DNA of 64,000 nucleotides from Eledone cirrhosa (lineage: Eukaryota): the NCBI GenBank assembly GCA_964016885.1, contig OZ024741.1:243970001-244034000 (forward strand), in the 5' to 3' direction. Every line of letters starts with the position of its first letter. The stretch's first letter is position 1. The notes under the pieces were generated by a model. That model did not search any database. It was not told the origin of the DNA and saw only the letters and a list, made by a program, of their open reading frames with translations. Below are positions 40,901 through 54,774 of the stretch, piece by piece. A program made the translations under genes and the position numbers.

Positions 40901-43900
40901 AATTACAGATCGATCCGACTACGGACGGCTGGCCCACGATCGAAAAGGTAACTCCGCCGGCAAATCCTAATTTTTGTGATTCGTTTCTTCGAAGCACACC
41001 ATTCGCCGCCGGACTTCAGCTTCCTCATTTAACATGGGCAGCTTTTCTTGAAAATCACACCACACACAGCAAATGAGTGACTGCACAGGTACCAGTAATT
41101 ACAGATCGATCCGACTACGGGCGGCCTGCCTACGATCGAAAAGGTAACTCCGCCGGCAAATTCGCATTTTTGTGATTCGTTTCTTCGAAGCACTTCATTC
41201 GCTGGTGGACTTCAGCTTCCTCATTTAACATGGGCAGCTTTTCTTGAAAATCACACCACACTCAGCAAATGTGTGTCTGCACATGTACCAGTAATTACAG
41301 ATCGATCCGCCCACGGGCGGCCGGCCCACGATCGAAAATGTAACTCCGCCGGCAAATTCGCATTTTTGTGATTCATTTCTTCGAAGCACACCATTCGATG
41401 GTGGACTTCAGCTTCCTCATTTAGCATGGGCAGCTTTTCTTGAAAATCACACCACACACAGCGAATGTGTGTCTGCACATGTACTAGTAATTACAGATCG
41501 ATCCGACCACGGGCCACCGGCCCAGGATCGAAAAGGTAACTCCGGCGGCAAATTCGCATTTTTGTGATTCGTTTCTTCGAAGCACACCATTCGCCGCCGG
41601 ACTTCAGCTTCCTCATTTAGCATGGGCAGCTTTTCTTGAAAATCACACCACACACAGCAAATGTGTGTCTGCACATGTACCAGTACGTACAGATCGATCC
41701 GACCACGGGCGGCCGGCCCACATTCGAAAAGGTTACTCCGCCTGCAAATCGTCATTTTCGGATTCGTTTTCTTCGAAGCACACCATTCGCCGGCGGACTT
41801 CAGCTGCCTCATTTAGCATGGGCAGCTTTTCTTGAAAATCACACCACACACAGCAAATGTGTGTCTGCACAGGTACCAGTAATTACAGATCGATCCGACC
41901 ACGGACGGCTGGCCCACGATCGAAAAGGTAACTCCGCCGGCAAATCCTAATTTTTGTGATTCGTTTCTTCGAAGCACACCATTCGCCGCCGGACTTCAGC
42001 TTCCTCATTTAGCATGGGCAGCTTTTCTTGAAAATCATACCACACACAGCCAATGAGTGACTGCACATGTACCAGTAATTACAGATCGATCCGACCACGG
42101 GAGGCCTGCCTACGATCGAAAAGGTAACTCCGCCGGCAAATTCGCATTTTTGTGATTCGTTTCTTCGAAGCACACCATTCGCCGCCGGACTTCAGCTTCC
42201 TCATTTAGCATGGGCAGCTTTTCTTGAAAATCACACCACTCACAGCCAATGAGTCTCTGCACAGGTACCACTAATTACAGATCGATACGACCAGGGGCGG
42301 CCTGCCCACGATCGAAAAGGTAACTCCGCCGGCAAATCCGCATTTTTGTGATTCGTTTCTTCGAAGCACACCATTCGCCGCCGGACTTCAGCTTCCTCAT
42401 TTAGCATGGGCAGCTTTTCTTAAAAATCACACCACACTCAGCAAATGTGTGTCTGCACATGTACCAGTAATTACAGATCGATCCGACCACGGGCGGCCGG
42501 CCCACGATCGAAAAGGTAACTCCGCCGGCAAATTCGCATTTTTGTGATTCGTTTCTTCGAAGCACACCATTCGCTGGTGGACTTCAGCTTCCTCATTTAA
42601 CATGGGCAGCTTTTCTTGAAAATCACACCACACTCAGCAAATGTGTGTCTGCACATGTACCAGTAATTACAGATCGATCCGCCCACGGGCGGCCGGCCCA
42701 CGATCGAAAAGGTAACTCCGCCGGCAAATTCGCATTTTTGTGATTCATTTCTTCGAAGCACACCATTCGCTGGTGGACTTCAGCTTCCTCATTTAGCATG
42801 GGCAGCTTTTCTTGAAAATCACACCACACACAGCAAATGTGTGTCTACACAGGTACCAGTAATTACAGATCGATCCGACCACGGACGGCTGGCCCAGGAT
42901 CGAAAAGGTAACTCCGGCGGCAAATTCGCATTTTTGTGATTCGTTTCTTCGAAGCACACCATTCGCCGCCGGACTTCAGCTTCCTCATTTAGCATGGGCA
43001 GCTTTTCTTGAAAATCACACCACACACAGCAAATGTGTGTCTGCACATGTACCAGTACGTACAGATCGATCCGACCACGGGCGGCCGGCCCACATTCGAA
43101 AAGGTTACTCCGCCTGCAAATCGTCATTTTCGGATTCGTTTTCTTCGAAGCACACCATTCGCCGGCGGACTTCAGCTGCCTCATTTAGCATGGGCAGCTT
43201 TTCTTGAAAATCACACCACACACAACAAATGTGTGTCTGCACAGGTACCAGTAATTACAGATCGATCCGACCACGGACGGCTGGCCCACGATCGAAAAGG
43301 TAACTCCGCCGGCAAATCCTAATTTTTGTGATTCGTTTCTTCGAAGCACACCATTCGCCGCCGGACTTCAGCTTCCTCATTTAGCATGGGCAGCTTTTCT
43401 TGAAAATCACACCACTCACAGCCAATGAGTCTCTGCACAGGTACCACTAATTACAGATCGATACGACCAGGGGCGGCCTGCCCACGATCGAAAAGGTAAC
43501 TCCGCCGGCAAATCCGCATTTTTGTGATTCGTTTCTTCGAAGCACACCATTCGCCGCCGGACTTCAGCTTCCTCATTTAGCAGGGGCAGCTTTTCTTAAA
43601 AATCACACCACACTCAGCAAATGTGTGTCTGCACATGTACCAGTAATTACAGATCGATCCGACCACGGGCGGCCTGCCCACGATCGAAAAGGTAACTCCG
43701 CCGGCAAATCCTAATTTTTGTGATTCGTTTCTTCGAAGCACACCATTCGCCGCCGGACTTCAGCTGCCTCATTTAACATGGGCAGCTTTTCTTGAAAATC
43801 ACACCACACTCAGCAAATGTGTGTCTGCACATGTACCAGTAATTACAGATCGATCCGCCCACGGGCGGCCGGCCCACGATCGAAAATGTAACTCCGCCGG

Positions 43901-46900
43901 CAAATTCGCATTTTTGTGATTCGTTTTTTCGAAGCACACCATTCGCTGGTGGACTTCAGCTTCCTCATTTAGCATGGGCAGCTTTTCTTGAAAATCACAC
44001 CACACACAGCAAATGTGTGTCTGCACATGTACCAGTACGTACAGATCGATCCGACCACGGGCGGCCGGCCCACATTCGAAAAGGTTACTCCGCCTGCAAA
44101 TCGTCATTTTCGGATTCGTTTTCTTCGAAGCACACCATTCGCCGGCGGACTTCAGCTGCCTCATTTAGCATGGGCAGCTTTTCTTGAAAATCACACCACA
44201 CACAGCAAATGTGTCTCTGCACATGTACTAGTAATTACAGATCGATCCGACCACGGGCCACCGGCCCACGATCGAAAAGGTAACTCCGGCGGCAAATTCG
44301 CATTTTTGTGATTCATTTCTTCGAAGCACACCATTCGCTGGTGGACTTCAGCTTCCTCATTTAGCATGGGCAGCTTTTCTTGAAAATCACACCACACACA
44401 GCAAATGTGTGTCTGCACAGGTACCAGTAATTACAGATCGATCCGACCACGGACGGCTGGCCCACGATCGAAAAGGTAACTCCGCCGGCAAATCCTAATT
44501 TTTGTGATTCGTTTCTTCGAAGCACACCATTCGCCGCCGGACTTCAGCTTCCTCATTTAACATGGGCAGCTTTTCTTGAAAATCACACCACACACAGCAA
44601 ATGTGTGTCTGCACATGTACCAGTACGTACAGATCGATCCGACCACGGGCGGCCGGCCCACATTCGAAAAGGTTACTCCGCCTGCAAATCGTCATTTTCG
44701 GATTCGTTTTCTTCGAAGCACACCATTCGCCGGCGGACTTCAGCTGCCTCATTTAGCATGGGCAGCTTTTTTTGAAAATCACACCACACACAGCAAATGT
44801 GTCTCTGCACATGTACTAGTAATTACAGATCGATCCGACCACGGGCCACCGGCCCACGATCGAAAAGGTAACTCCGGCGGCAAATTCGCATTTTTGTGAT
44901 TCATTTCTTCGAAGCACACCATTCGCTGGTGGACTTCAGCTTCCTCATTTAGCATGGGCAGCTTTTCTTGAAAATCACACCACACACAGCAAATATGTGT
45001 CTGCACAGGTACCAGTAATTACAGATCGATCCGACCACGGGCCACCGGCCCACGATCGAAAAGGTAACTCCGGCGGCAAATTCGCATTTTTGTGATTCAT
45101 TTCTTCGAAGCACACCATTCGCTGGTGGACTTCAGCTTCCTCATTTAGCATGGGCAGCTTTTCTTGAAAATCACACCACACACAGCAAATGTGTGTCTGC
45201 ACAGGTACCAGTAATTACAGATCGATCCGACCAAGGACGGCTGGCCCACGATCGAAAAGGTAACTCCGCCGGCAAATCCTAATTTTTGTGATTCGTTTCT
45301 TCGAAGCACACCATTCGCCGCCGGACTTCAGCTTCCTCATTTAGCATGGGCAGCTTTTCTTGAAAATCACACCACACACAGCCAATGAGTGACTGCACAG
45401 GTACCAGTAATTACAGATCGATCCGACTACGGGCGGCCTGCCTACGATCGAAAAGGTAACTCCGCCGGCAAATTCGCATTTTTGTGATTCGTTTCTTCGA
45501 AGCACTTCATTCGCTGGTGGACTTCAGCTTCCTCATTTAACATGGGCAGCTTTTCTTGAAAATCACACCACACTCAGCAAATGTGTGTCTGCACATGTAC
45601 CAGTAATTACAGATCGATCCGCCCACGGGCGGCCGGCCCACGATCGAAAATGTAACTCCGCCGGCAAATTCGCATTTTTGTGATTCATTTCTTCGAAGCA
45701 CACCATTCGATGGTGGACTTCAGCTTCCTCATTTAGCATGGGCAGCTTTTCTTGAAAATCACACCACACACAGCAAATGTGTGTCTGCACATGTACTAGT
45801 AATTACAGATCGATCCGACCACGGGCCACCGGCCCAGGATCGAAAAGGTAACTCCGGCGGCAAATTCGCATTTTTGTGATTCGTTTCTTCGAAGCACACC
45901 ATTCGCCGCCGGACTTCAGCTTCCTCATTTAGCATGGGCAGCTTTTCTTGAAAATCACACCACACACAGCAAATGTGTGTCTGCACAGGTACCAGTAATT
46001 ACAGATCGATCCGACCACGGACGGCTGGCCCACGATCGAAAAGGTAACTCCGCCGGCAAATCCTAATTTTTGTGATTCGTTTCTTCGAAGCACACCATTC
46101 GCCGCCGGACTTCAGCTTCCTCATTTAGCATGGGCAGCTTTTCTTGAAAATCATACCACACACAGCCAATGAGTGACTGCACATGTACCAGTAATTACAG
46201 ATCGATCCGACCACGGGAGGCCTGCCTACGATCGAAAAGGTAACTCCGCCGGCAAATTCGCATTTTTGTGATTCGTTTCTTCGAAGCACACCATTCGCCG
46301 CCGGACTTCAGCTTCCTCATTTAGCATGGGCAGCTTTTCTTGAAAATCACACCACTCACAGCCAATGAGTCTCTGCACAGGTACCACTAATTACAGATCG
46401 ATACGACCAGGGGCGGCCTGCCCACGATCGAAAAGGTAACTCCGCCGGCAAATCCGCATTTTTGTGATTCGTTTCTTCGAAGCACACCATTCGCCGCCGG
46501 ACTTCAGCTTCCTCATTTAGCAGGGGCAGCTTTTCTTAAAAATCACACCACACTCAGCAAATGTGTGTCTGCACATGTACCAGTAATTACAGATCGATCC
46601 GACCACGGGCGGCCTGCCCACGATCGAAAAGGTAACTCCGCCGGCAAATCCTAATTTTTGTGATTCGTTTCTTCGAAGCACACCATTCGCCGCCGGACTT
46701 CAGCTGCCTCATTTAACATAGGCAGCTTTTCTTGAAAATCACACCACACTCAGCAAATGTGTGTCTGCACATGTACCAGTAATTACAGATCGATCCGCCC
46801 ACGGGCGGCCGGCCCACGATCGAAAATGTAACTCCGCCGGCAAATTCGCATTTTTGTGATTCGTTTTTTCGAAGCACACCATTCGCTGGTGGACTTCAGC

Positions 46901-47326
46901 TTCCTCATTTAGCATGGGCAGCTTTTCTTGAAAATCACAGCACTCACAGACTATGAGTCTCTGCACATGTACCAGTAATTACAGATCGATCCGACCACGG
47001 GCGGCCTGCCCACGATCGAAAAGGTAACTCCGCCGGCAAATTCGCATTTTTGTGATTCGTTTCTTCGAAGCACACCATTCGCTGGTGGACTTCAGCTTCC
47101 TCATTTAACATGGGCAGCTTTTCTTGAAAATCACACCACACTCAGCAAATGTGTGTCTGCACATGTACCAGTAATTACAGATCGATCCGCCCACGGGCGG
47201 CCGGCCCACGATCGAAAATGTAACTCCGCCGGCAAATTCGCATTTTTGTGATTCATTTCTTCGAAGCACACCATTCGCTGGTGGACTTCAGCTTCCTCAT
47301 TTAGCATGGGCAGCTTTTCTTGAAAA

Positions 47327-50300
47327 TCACACCACACACAGCAAATGTGTGTCTGCACATGTACCAGTACGTACAGATCAATCCAACCACGGGCGGCCGG
47401 CCCACATTCGAAAAGGTTACTCCGCCTGCAAATCGTCATTTTCGGATTCGTTTTCTTCGAAGCACACCATTCGCCGGCGGACTTCAGCTGCCTCATTTAG
47501 CATGGGCAGCTTTTCTTGAAAATCACACCACACACAGCAAATGTGTCTCTGCACATGTACTAGTAATTACAGATCGATCCGACCACGGGCCACCGGCCCA
47601 CGATCAAAAAAGTAACTCCGGCGGCAAATTCGCATTTTTGTGATTCGTTTTTTCGAAGCACACCATTCGCTGGTGGACTTCAGCTTCCTCATTTAGCATC
47701 GGCAGCTTTTCTTGAAAATCACACCACTCACAGACTATGAGTCTCTGCACATGTACCAGTAATTACAGATCGATCCGACCACGGACGGCTGGCCCACGAT
47801 CGAAAAGGTAACTCCGCCGGCAAATCCTAATTTTTGTGATTCGTTTCTTCGAAGCACACCATTCGCCGCCGGACTTCAGCTTCCTCATTTAGCATGGGCA
47901 GCTTTTCTTGAAAATCACACCACACACAGCAAATGTGTGTCTGCACATGTACCAGTACGTACAGATCGATCCGACCACGGGCGGCCGGCCCACATTCGAA
48001 AAGGTTACTCCGCCTGCAAATCGTCATTTTCGGATTCGTTTTCTTCGAAGCACACCATTCGCCGGCGGACTTCAGCTGCCTCATTTAGCATGGGCAGCTT
48101 TTTTTGAAAATCACACCACACACAGCAAATGTGTGTCTGCACAGGTACCAGTAATTACAGATCGATCCGACCACGGACGGCTGGCCCAGGATCGAAAAGG
48201 TAACTCCGGCGGCAAATTCGCATTTTTGTGATTCGTTTCTTCGAAGCACACCATTCGCCGCCGGACTTCAGCTTCCTCATTTAGCATGGGCAGCTTTTCT
48301 TGAAAATCACACCACTCACAGCCAATGAGTCTCTGCACAGGTACCACTAATTACAGATCGATACGACCAGGGGCGGCCTGCCCACGATCGAAAAGGTAAC
48401 TCCGCCGGAAAATCCGCATTTTTGTGATTCGTTTCTTCGAAGCACACCATTCGCCGCCGGACTTCAGCTTCCTCATTTAGCCGGGGCAGCTTTTCTTAAA
48501 AATCACACCACACTCAGCAAATGTGTGTCTGCACATGTACCAGTAATTACAGATCGATCCGACCACGGGCGGCCTGCCCACGATCGAAAAGGTAACTCCG
48601 CCGGCAAATTCGCATTTTTGTGATTCGTTTCTTCGAAGCACACCATTCGCTGGTGGACTTCAGCTTCCTCATTTAACATGGGCAGCTTTTCTTGAAAATC
48701 ACACCACACACAGCAAATGTGTGTCTGCACATGTACTACTAATTACAGATCGATATGACCACGGGCGGCCTGCCCACGATCGAAAAGGTAACTCCGCCGG
48801 CAAATCCGCATTTTTGTGATTCGTTTCTTCGAAGCACACCATTCGCCGCCGGACTTCAGCTTCCTCATTTAGCATGGGCAGCTTTTCTTGAAAATCACAC
48901 CACTCACAGACTATGAGTCTCTGCACATGTACCACTAATTACAGATCGATACGACCACGGGCGGCCTGCCCACGATCGAAAAGGTAACTCCGCCGGCAAA
49001 TCCGCATTTTTGTGATTCGTTTCTTCGAAGCACACCATTCGCCGCCGGACTTCAGCTTCCTCATTTAGCATGGGCAGCTTTTCTTAAAAATCACACCACA
49101 CTCAGCAAATGAGTGTCTGCACATGTACCAGTAATTACAGATCGATCCGACCACGGGCGGCCTGCCTACGATCGAAAAGGTAACTCCGCCGGCAAATTCG
49201 CATTTTTGTGATTCGTTTCTTCGAAGCACACCATTCGCCGCCGGACTTCAGCTTCCTCATTTAGCATGGGCAGCTTTTTTTGAAAATCACACCACACACA
49301 GCAATTGTGTGTCTGCACATGTACCAGTACGTACAGATCGATCCGACCACGGGCGGCCGGCCCACATTCGAAAAGGTTACTCCGCCTGCAAATCGTCATT
49401 TTCGGATTCGTTTTCTTCGAAGCACACCATTCGCCGGCGGACTTCAGCTGCCTCATTTAGCATGGGCAGCTTTTCTTGAAAATCACACCACACACAGCAA
49501 ATGTGTCTCTGCACATGTACTAGTAATTACAGATCGATCCGACGACGGGCCACCGGCCCACGATCGAAAAGGTAACTCCGGCGGCAAATTCGCATTTTTG
49601 TGATTCATTTCTTCGAAGCACACCATTCGCTGGTGGACTTCAGCTTCCTCATTTAGCATGGGCAGCCTTTCTTGAAAATCACACCACACACAGCCAATGA
49701 GTGTCTGCACAGGTACCAGTAATTACAGATCGATCCGACCAAGGGCGGCCTGCCCACGATCGAAAAGGTAACTCCGCCGGCAAATCCGCATTTTTGTGAT
49801 TCGTTTCTTCGAAGCACACCATTCGCTGGTGGACTTCAGCTTCCTCATTTAACATGGGCAGCTTTTCTTAAAAATCACACCACACTCAGCAAATGTGTGT
49901 CTGCACATGTACCAGTAATTGCAGATCGATCCGACCACGGACGGCTGGCCCAGGATCGAAAAGGTAACTCCGGCGGCAAATTCGCATTTTTGTGATTCGT
50001 TTCTTCGAAGCACACCATTCGCTGGTGGACTTCAGCTTCCTCATTTAGCATGGGCAGCTTTTCTTGAAAATCACACCACACACAGCAATTGTGTGTCTGC
50101 ACATGTACCAGTACGTACAGATCGATCCGACCACGGGCGGCCGGCCCACATTCGAAAAGGTTACTCCGCCTGCAAATCGTCATTTTCGGATTCGTTTTCT
50201 TCGAAGCACACCATTCGCCGGCGGACTTCAGCTGCCTCATTTAGCATGGGCAGCTTTTCTTGAAAATCACACCACACACAGCAAATGTGTCTCTGCACAT

Positions 50301-53300
50301 GTACTAGTAATTACAGATCGATCCGACCACGGGCCACCGGCCCACGATCGAAAAGGTAACTCCGGCGGCAAATTCGCATTTTTGTGATTCATTTCTTCGA
50401 AGCACACCATTCGCTGGTGGACTTCAGCTTCCTCATTTAGCATGGGCAGCTTTTCTTGAAAATCACACCACACACAGCAAATGTGTGTCTGCACATGTAC
50501 CAGTACGTACAGATCAATCCAACCACGGGCGGCCGGCCCACATTCGAAAAGGTTACTCCGCCTGCAAATCGTCATTTTCGGATTCGTTTTCTTCGAAGCA
50601 CACCATTCGCCGGCGGACTTCAGCTGCCTCATTTAGCATGGGCAGCTTTTCTTGAAAATCACACCACACACAGCAAATGTGTCTCTGCACATGTACTAGT
50701 AATTACAGATCGATCCGACCACGGGCCACCGGCCCACGATCAAAAAAGTAACTCCGGCGGCAAATTCGCATTTTTGTGATTCGTTTTTTCGAAGCACACC
50801 ATTCGCTGGTGGACTTCAGCTTCCTCATTTAGCATCGGCAGCTTTTCTTGAAAATCACACCACTCACAGACTATGAGTCTCTGCACATGTACCAGTAATT
50901 ACAGATCGATCCGACCACGGACGGCTGGCCCACGATCGAAAAGGTAACTCCGCCGGCAAATCCTAATTTTTGTGATTCGTTTCTTCGAAGCACACCATTC
51001 GCCGCCGGACTTCAGCTTCCTCATTTAGCATGGGCAGCTTTTCTTGAAAATCACACCACACACAGCAAATGTGTGTCTGCACATGTACCAGTACGTACAG
51101 ATCGATCCGACCACGGGCGGCCGGCCCACATTCGAAAAGGTTACTCCGCCTGCAAATCGTCATTTTCGGATTCGTTTTCTTCGAAGCACACCATTCGCCG
51201 GCGGACTTCAGCTGCCTCATTTAGCATGGGCAGCTTTTTTTGAAAATCACACCACACACAGCAAATGTGTGTCTGCACAGGTACCAGTAATTACAGATCG
51301 ATCCGACCACGGACGGCTGGCCCAGGATCGAAAAGGTAACTCCGGCGGCAAATTCGCATTTTTGTGATTCGTTTCTTCGAAGCACACCATTCGCCGCCGG
51401 ACTTCAGCTTCCTCATTTAGCATGGGCAGCTTTTCTTGAAAATCACACCACTCACAGCCAATGAGTCTCTGCACAGGTACCACTAATTACAGATCGATAC
51501 GACCAGGGGCGGCCTGCCCACGATCGAAAAGGTAACTCCGCCGGAAAATCCGCATTTTTGTGATTCGTTTCTTCGAAGCACACCATTCGCCGCCGGACTT
51601 CAGCTTCCTCATTTAGCCGGGGCAGCTTTTCTTAAAAATCACACCACACTCAGCAAATGTGTGTCTGCACATGTACCAGTAATTACAGATCGATCCGACC
51701 ACGGGCGGCCTGCCCACGATCGAAAAGGTAACTCCGCCGGCAAATTCGCATTTTTGTGATTCGTTTCTTCGAAGCACACCATTCGCTGGTGGACTTCAGC
51801 TTCCTCATTTAACATGGGCAGCTTTTCTTGAAAATCACACCACACACAGCAAATGTGTGTCTGCACATGTACTACTAATTACAGATCGATATGACCACGG
51901 GCGGCCTGCCCACGATCGAAAAGGTAACTCCGCCGGCAAATCCGCATTTTTGTGATTCGTTTCTTCGAAGCACACCATTCGCCGCCGGACTTCAGCTTCC
52001 TCATTTAGCATGGGCAGCTTTTCTTGAAAATCACACCACTCACAGACTATGAGTCTCTGCACATGTACCACTAATTACAGATCGATACGACCACGGGCGG
52101 CCTGCCCACGATCGAAAAGGTAACTCCGCCGGCAAATCCGCATTTTTGTGATTCGTTTCTTCGAAGCACACCATTCGCCGCCGGACTTCAGCTTCCTCAT
52201 TTAGCATGGGCAGCTTTTCTTAAAAATCACACCACACTCAGCAAATGAGTGTCTGCACATGTACCAGTAATTACAGATCGATCCGACCACGGGCGGCCTG
52301 CCTACGATCGAAAAGGTAACTCCGCCGGCAAATTCGCATTTTTGTGATTCGTTTCTTCGAAGCACACCATTCGCCGCCGGACTTCAGCTTCCTCATTTAG
52401 CATGGGCAGCTTTTTTTGAAAATCACACCACACACAGCAATTGTGTGTCTGCACATGTACCAGTACGTACAGATCGATCCGACCACGGGCGGCCGGCCCA
52501 CATTCGAAAAGGTTACTCCGCCTGCAAATCGTCATTTTCGGATTCGTTTTCTTCGAAGCACACCATTCGCCGGCGGACTTCAGCTGCCTCATTTAGCATG
52601 GGCAGCTTTTCTTGAAAATCACACCACACACAGCAAATGTGTCTCTGCACATGTACTAGTAATTACAGATCGATCCGACGACGGGCCACCGGCCCACGAT
52701 CGAAAAGGTAACTCCGGCGGCAAATTCGCATTTTTGTGATTCATTTCTTCGAAGCACACCATTCGCTGGTGGACTTCAGCTTCCTCATTTAGCATGGGCA
52801 GCCTTTCTTGAAAATCACACCACACACAGCCAATGAGTGTCTGCACAGGTACCAGTAATTACAGATCGATCCGACCAAGGGCGGCCTGCCCACGATCGAA
52901 AAGGTAACTCCGCCGGCAAATCCGCATTTTTGTGATTCGTTTCTTCGAAGCACACCATTCGCTGGTGGACTTCAGCTTCCTCATTTAACATGGGCAGCTT
53001 TTCTTAAAAATCACACCACACTCAGCAAATGTGTGTCTGCACATGTACCAGTAATTGCAGATCGATCCGACCACGGACGGCTGGCCCAGGATCGAAAAGG
53101 TAACTCCGGCGGCAAATTCGCATTTTTGTGATTCGTTTCTTCGAAGCACACCATTCGCTGGTGGACTTCAGCTTCCTCATTTAGCATGGGCAGCTTTTCT
53201 TGAAAATCACACCACACACAGCAATTGTGTGTCTGCACATGTACCAGTACGTACAGATCGATCCGACCACGGGCGGCCGGCCCACATTCGAAAAGGTTAC

Positions 53301-53598
53301 TCCGCCTGCAAATCGTCATTTTCGGATTCGTTTTCTTCGAAGCACACCATTCGCCGGCGGACTTCAGCTGCCTCATTTAGCATGGGCAGCTTTTCTTGAA
53401 AATCACACCACACACAGCAAATGTGTCTCTGCACATGTACTAGTAATTACAGATCGATCCGACCACGGGCCACCGGCCCACGATCGAAAAGGTAACTCCG
53501 GCGGCAAATTCGCATTTTTGTGATTCATTTCTTCGAAGCACACCATTCGCTGGTGGACTTCAGCTTCCTCATTTAGCATGGGCAGCTTTTCTTGAAAA
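47327..53598 (+). repeat. 16-monomer (3136 bp) tandem duplication, two near-identical copies
   Basis: Private variants are paired 3136 bp apart: GATCAATCCAAC (47380/50516), GATCAAAAAAGTAAC (47606/50742), TTAGCCGGGG (~48482/51618), GACGACGGG (49544/52680) and AATTGCAG (49921/53057). Confidence 0.95.
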
Positions 53599-54774
53599 TC
53601 ACACCACACACAGCAAATGTGTGTCTGCACAGGTACCAGTAATTACAGATCGATCCGACCACGGACGGCTGGCCCACGATCGAAAAGGTAACTCCGCCGG
53701 CAAATCCTAATTTTTGTGATTCGTTTCTTCGAAGCACACCATTCGCCGCCGGACTTCAGCTTCCTCATTTAGCATGGGCAGCTTTTCTTGAAAATCACAC
53801 CACACACAGCCAATGAGTGACTGCACATGTACCAGTAATTACAGATCGATCCGACAACGGGCGGCCTGCCTACGATCGAAAAGGTAACTCCGCCGGCAAA
53901 TTCGCATTTTTGTGATTCGTTTCTTCGAAGCACACCATTCGCCGCCGGACTTCAGCTTCCTCATTTAGCATGGGCAGCTTTTCTTGAAAATCACACCACT
54001 CACAGCCAATGAGTCTCTGCACAGGTACCACTAATTACAGATCGATACGACCAGGGGCGGCCTGCCCACGATCGAAAAGGTAACTCCGCCGGCAAATCCG
54101 CATTTTTGTGATTCGTTTCTTCGAAGCACACCATTCGCCGCCGGACTTCAGCTTCCTCATTTAGCAGGGGCAGCTTTTCTTGAAAATCACACCACTCACA
54201 GACTATGAGTCTCTGCACATGTACCACTAATTACAGATCGATACGACCACGGGCGGCCTGCCCACGATCGAAAAGGTAACTCCGCCGGCAAATCCGCATT
54301 TTTGTGATTCGTTTCTTCGAAGCACACCATTCGCCGCCGGACTTCAGCTTCCTCATTTAGCATGGGCAGCTTTTCTTAAAAATCACACCACACTCAGCAA
54401 ATGAGTGTCTGCACATGTACCAGTAATTACAGATCGATCCGACCACGGGCGGCCTGCCTACGATCGAAAAGGTAACTCCGCCGGCAAATTCGCATTTTTG
54501 TGATTCGTTTCTTCGAAGCACACCATTCGCCGCCGGACTTCAGCTTCCTCATTTAGCATGGGCAGCTTTTCTTGAAAATCACAACACACACAGCAAATGT
54601 GTGTCTGCACAGGTACGAGTAATTACAGATCGATCCGACCACGGGCGGCCGGCCCACGATCGAAAAGGTAACTCCGCCGGCAAATCCGCATTTTTGTGAT
54701 TCGTTTCTTCGAAGCACACCATTCGCCGCCGGACTTCAGCTTCCTCATTTAGCATGGGCAGCTTTTCTTGAAAA

